Shown here: positions 32,856 through 37,682 of the stretch, in pieces | Numbering within the stretch: the first letter of the stretch is position 1 | Layout: every line of letters starts with the position of its first letter | From: Octopus bimaculoides | Lineage: Eukaryota | Length of the DNA stretch: 37,682 nt | Direction: 5' to 3' | Assembly (NCBI RefSeq): GCF_001194135.2 | Contig: NC_068981.1 | Location: 139,817,420-139,855,101 of the forward strand | The notes under the pieces: model-generated | The model's input: the letters and a program-made list of their open reading frames with translations, nothing else | What the model was told of the DNA's origin: nothing | Databases searched by the model: none | Program-made: the position numbers and the translations under genes

Positions 32856-35800
32856 ATTACGTTTAACTTTCTCTTCATTTCTTCCTATGAATTTTCTAAA
32901 TGGTTTCATCAATTTTAAACGAATTGATACTAAAAATTATGCAAATCTATTGTGTAAAATAAACTTGTGTGGTGTAATGGGAAGATTCGAACCCCGTAGA
33001 TGTCTGTTTGAATTATTTGAAATTCTGCTATGCTTCTATGTGAATTTTGTTGAAAGGAAAATTATATTTGCACTAACAATCTGAAGTGTGAAATTAATAT
33101 TCTCAAAGAAAAGAAAATTAAAGCAGACTTATTGAAGGAAGAAGAGTTAACGACCCTTATAGTAATATTCCGTTCGAGAATATTATTATAAATTGAGTAC
33201 GAGAGAGAAAGAAAAGAAGCACTTATTAAAGATCAATTTTCATATCCCGTGTAGTCAGCCATTTTTTGCCTCATTTGAAAACTGATTAGAAAATGTGACA
33301 AGAAGCGCATTAGACTGTACAATGCCTTCTTTCCGTTTTCATTTAATGATTTGACACCAGCTTCTATACAAATATTATTGAATTCTTTTTTTATCGGAAT
33401 GATAAAATACATTATGCTTCTAAGGCCTTTTGTATTTGTTGTGGATTTTCATGACACAACATTCTAATGACAAAAATTGAAAGACAAGACTTCCTTCACT
33501 TCATCCTGTATTTGGTGAAGTTAACGGACTAGATTTTGCTAATTAAAAAAATACACACACATGTTCTGTGAAAAATGGTCATGTCCACATCCTGTAGTTC
33601 AATTTAATCCTTTAAAGAGCCACTACATTAGAGTTACAATGAAATGAAGTTGTTATTTCATTCTGAATTCAAATATAACGAAATTATTACAAAAAGAAAA
33701 AGGAAATTAGATTTTTAACAATGATGGAAGACATAATAAATGTCTGTAAACAAAAAGAAGTGATTTAAAGCAAAGAATTTATTCATGATGTCGAATAAAA
33801 TATATTTGAATATATATTTTGGATAGATATTTTTAAATACATACATTTTTAATACACCTACAACACGGCATCTACATGGTTACTTGACTGCTATAAATAA
33901 CGGCCTAATCTCCCTCAAAAGACTGTACAGTGGCATAATAAATCTGACTGGTAGACAGTTATGATCGTAGATACCGTATGTCTGATAAACAAAAATGATA
34001 TGGTCGCAGTTCAATTCTTCTCGAAATAGGCTTGATATATAAGATCTCGACTTCAAAAGAGAAAAAAAAGTACTAACTGTGAAGCTGTGGCATACTTGTA
34101 CCTGTTTGCTTTGTCTACACAACAGTAATAATATTCGTCTCACCCACTTTACATTCTTAGACGAAAGAGCACGGGTTAATATATTTTAGCTCTGCCAATA
34201 AGCTGGGTTGATCAAGTCTGGAATCTTGATAAGTCCGATTTAACGGGGATAATATGGGATTACATAACTGCAACGGTATAAAAACTTCCTGTGCCTTTAG
34301 AGAAGACTAACCTTTTACAAGAATTTCTATGAGATTAACACTCCACGTTATTGCAGTTAAAGTTCATACTCGGTAAAAGATATCCGAATCATATACGTCT
34401 TGGAAAGGCTTGAAAGGTCGCGGGTACTCTAAATTCCTCAGTTTTTATTTGCATAATAGATACAATATTTTATAGTTTCTTCTCTATGTAGTTTTATACA
34501 TGCGAAGTTTTAGCGTGTTCAGTGTAATTTATTGTATGTTTTTGAATTCTTATTTTCTTATTTTCAATGTTTCTCTCCTTCGTTCAATCACATCAGAAAT
34601 GTCTCGCAGTAATTGTTCGAATTCTTAGCGACTTTCAACATAAAGGGGTGACAATTTCAAACCTTCTTGAAATTATCTTTTGAAGTAAATTCATACACAT
34701 TGGGAGAGGAAGACTGATAATTATTAGCAGGTAAGGGAAAACTATGGACATGATTTGATGTATAATAACTCATCGTCAAAGTGTAATCTACTCCACCCTC
34801 CAAATGTGTGCTAAATTATTCGCTATATTTTATGTATATTATAGCAATATTTTATAAAAATATAAAAGAGTAGTGATTTGGTGTTTACATATGTTCTCAA
34901 TTCAACTGCCACCAACGAGATTAATATAAGAAACAATAATCTAATACAGTTTCGTCAATCGACCGCGTTCTATTTAGAACCAAATTTCACCTGTTTTCGA
35001 AAGCTATCAATAATTTAAAATGAAAATAGTAATAAGTTTTCATTATTTTTACTACATTTAATTCTAAATATGTGGTTATGCGGCAATTACTTATGAATAT
35101 ACTGACATCAGTATGTGAAGTCTTATTGTATTGTGTTAATATTCACTTTGTTTGGTTATCTCTTCCATTAAAATGCATCTTCAATATATACCAACGAATC
35201 GTTCCCTATCAGGTATATAATTACGTAAGTCCAATCTTTTTAAGCACATGTAGACAACTATTGTGTTGCTTTTCTGTGTTCAGAATTCAAATGAAAACCT
35301 TGTAATAATCTATCCAACGTACACTCATTCAGTATAAACATCGAATGTTTTCATAAAAGAATTAAATATATACTTTGATTATATGAGAGAAAATTAACAA
35401 TGCATAAATAATAATATATTTGAAATTTATTTACTGACAGCATATAGAATTCAAATTATTTGATTTCAAAGCCTTTAGATGTAACTGACATGTAATATAC
35501 GTTTATCCAAATTTTATTCTACACCTCATATTATATACAATTTTATCCTCCTTCTCACAAGCATGTGTGTTCAGATCTCTCAACACCTACAATTAATCAG
35601 CAAACGAAAAAAATATGATGTTTATTTTCTACCACATCTATCTATCTAAGTCTTAAAATTTTTTTGAAATGAAATACGTAGGAGAGTAATAGAATTGGTC
35701 TAACATCGAATAATGCCATCCGATATTATATTCTAAATTCAAATACAAGTGAAGCTGACATGGCTTGTCCTTCCGTGGCATTAATTGACCCAGGACTACT

Positions 35801-36205
35801 AGAAATGGTTTATTTTAGGGTCCATGCTATATAAGTCCATGCTATGTAAGTGTAAATCCCAGCGTTTTATGTGTTAACTAACACTTGCTCCCAAAGCACC
35901 CAAATTTCGCAAAAGGTCACCAAATAAGATATTGATTAGGCTTGATGCTAAATTTCGGTGATCGAACGTGAGCCAGAATTTTCGATGAGACATGGCCATA
36001 AAATTAAAACAATAATATATACACAGTTTTGCATTGACTCTGTTTAATGTTTTGAGCAAACATCCAACGCAAAGCCTAGATAGGATTGCACTTCTTCGAA
36101 AATACACTATACATAATATATTTAATGAATCATTAATCGACGCCAATATGAAATATACAACACGTATATGGGTGTAAATGCAGATGAAGTGATGGACAAA
36201 GTAGA

Positions 36206-36246
<41 letters not shown>

Positions 36247-36361
36247 AAATGAAAGAAAGCAAACAAAATTTGTAGACCATGAATACTTAAGTATAAATAT
36301 ATAGATATTTATAACGAAATATTCATCGTCTGAAACTCTTCAATCTTTGTTTTTGTTTACA

Positions 36362-36364
<3 letters not shown>

Positions 36365-36396
<32 letters not shown>

Positions 36397-36456
36397 ACGT
36401 ATCCTATCTCTCTCTCTCTCTGGACGTATCCTATCTCTCTCTCGCTCTCTGGACGT

Positions 36457-36499
<43 letters not shown>

Positions 36500-36525
36500 G
36501 TCTGTCTGTCTGTCTGTCTGTCTCT
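36365..36525. repeat. (CT)n with three embedded CTGGACGTATCCT units, then (CTGT)n
   Basis: Units at 36393, 36420 and 36449. Confidence 0.9.
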
Positions 36526-36885
36526 TCTATCTTTTTTCTTGTCAAAGAAAATATTTCTTCCGCGTTCGCTATTTTACCCTCGTTCTGGTCTAACGACCCT
36601 CCATGCTTATTTTCGTTCGGTTTCTTTGTATGTCTCCTCTGTCCTGTTTTTGAACCCAACTTTCACTCTCCATAAATCCCAAATTTGATTTTAGTATTTG
36701 TGGGAGCAACTGCATCCGAAGACTCATAATGTCGTTCAATGCTCGAAATGAGGAGTAGGCAGGCAGCCGACAACTGATGAAGTGTTCCTTGTCCTGTTTT
36801 CTATTTCTTTCTCTCGTTGTTTGCGGTTTGAACTCACTTGTTTTCGTATTTTATGTTGTTCTGTGACGTCCTGTACGCATTACGC

Positions 36886-36916
<31 letters not shown>

Positions 36917-37444
36917 TATATATACATACATACATATATATATATATATATTGTATATCAAGTCCAAGCTGTTATATTTAATTTGATTATCCACATAATT
37001 GCCTCTTTCTCTATATATTATGTATACACACATACATATATGCGCGTGTATATAAGTGTATATGTGTGCGCGCGCATATATTCATGGATGCATGAATGTA
37101 TGTATGAGTGTATGTACGTATGGGTGCGTGTGTTCTTTAAATGTGTATGACTTTACAGATAAACTTTTGTAATTTCATCTCATTATTAATTACAACAAAT
37201 ATTATTATAATTAAGAAAACATAATTTAAGGCGTATACATTTCACTAAAACAAATAACGGTACTTCAATATACTGTAGTTCGAAAGCCCGATCCTCTAAT
37301 TACCATATTTGTTTACCATTTCTCACTAAAAATATGAACACATAAACCGCTGATAGCAGCAGAAATTTTGCGTCACTAAATATTGAAATAAATATTAATA
37401 ATGATAACTTTTTGCAAGCTACCAACCAATGTGTAAAATAAATA

Positions 37445-37575
37445 GAAAAATCATCACCACCAACACTATCATCGCCACCACCGCCAACAGCAGCACCACC
37501 ACCATCATCATCATCATTAAGATCGTGGTCATCGTCGTCGTCATCATAATCCTTCTCCTCCTCTTCATCATCAAA
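37445..37575. repeat. Degenerate (CAT)/(CAC)/(CGT) trinucleotide tract; a similar tract lies at ~31700-32085
   Basis: Read directly. Explains the poly-D/poly-M ORFs. Confidence 0.85.
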
Positions 37576-37648
37576 TATAATTTTTTTAAATATATCATAC
37601 ACACACTGTACACAAATGTGCATATACTTATACACAAATGTGTATATA

Positions 37649-37682
<34 letters not shown>

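Noticed and set aside
33880-34143. 87-aa minus-strand ORF as a coding exon
   Set aside because: No recognisable protein, a weak donor, and a length compatible with chance.

Overview
AT-rich, microsatellite-dense eukaryotic scaffold with seven N-gaps. The repeat content suggests an octopus-type cephalopod genome; this is inferred from recalled repeat families, not searched. No host protein-coding gene could be identified with confidence, only candidate exons. The main structure is a nested retroelement cluster at about 18.0-27.4 kb. Two copies of an L1-superfamily (Tx1-like) LINE with APE endonuclease, RT and CCHC knuckle (19042-22458 and 22804-27037) each sit at the same nucleotide inside a tRNA-derived SINE. 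Both are flanked by the same 12-bp target-site duplication, GGTATTTCGTCT, which lies between the SINE's Pol III A and B boxes. The LINE's last ~34 nt match the 3' tail of that SINE subfamily, so the LINE appears both to mobilise the SINE and to target it. Elsewhere there are a decayed Penelope-like element (RT and GIY-YIG parts), two RTE LINE 3' fragments (one with three C2H2 fingers), a mariner-derived MITE, CORE-type SINEs, a microsatellite-bearing SINE family and many simple repeats.
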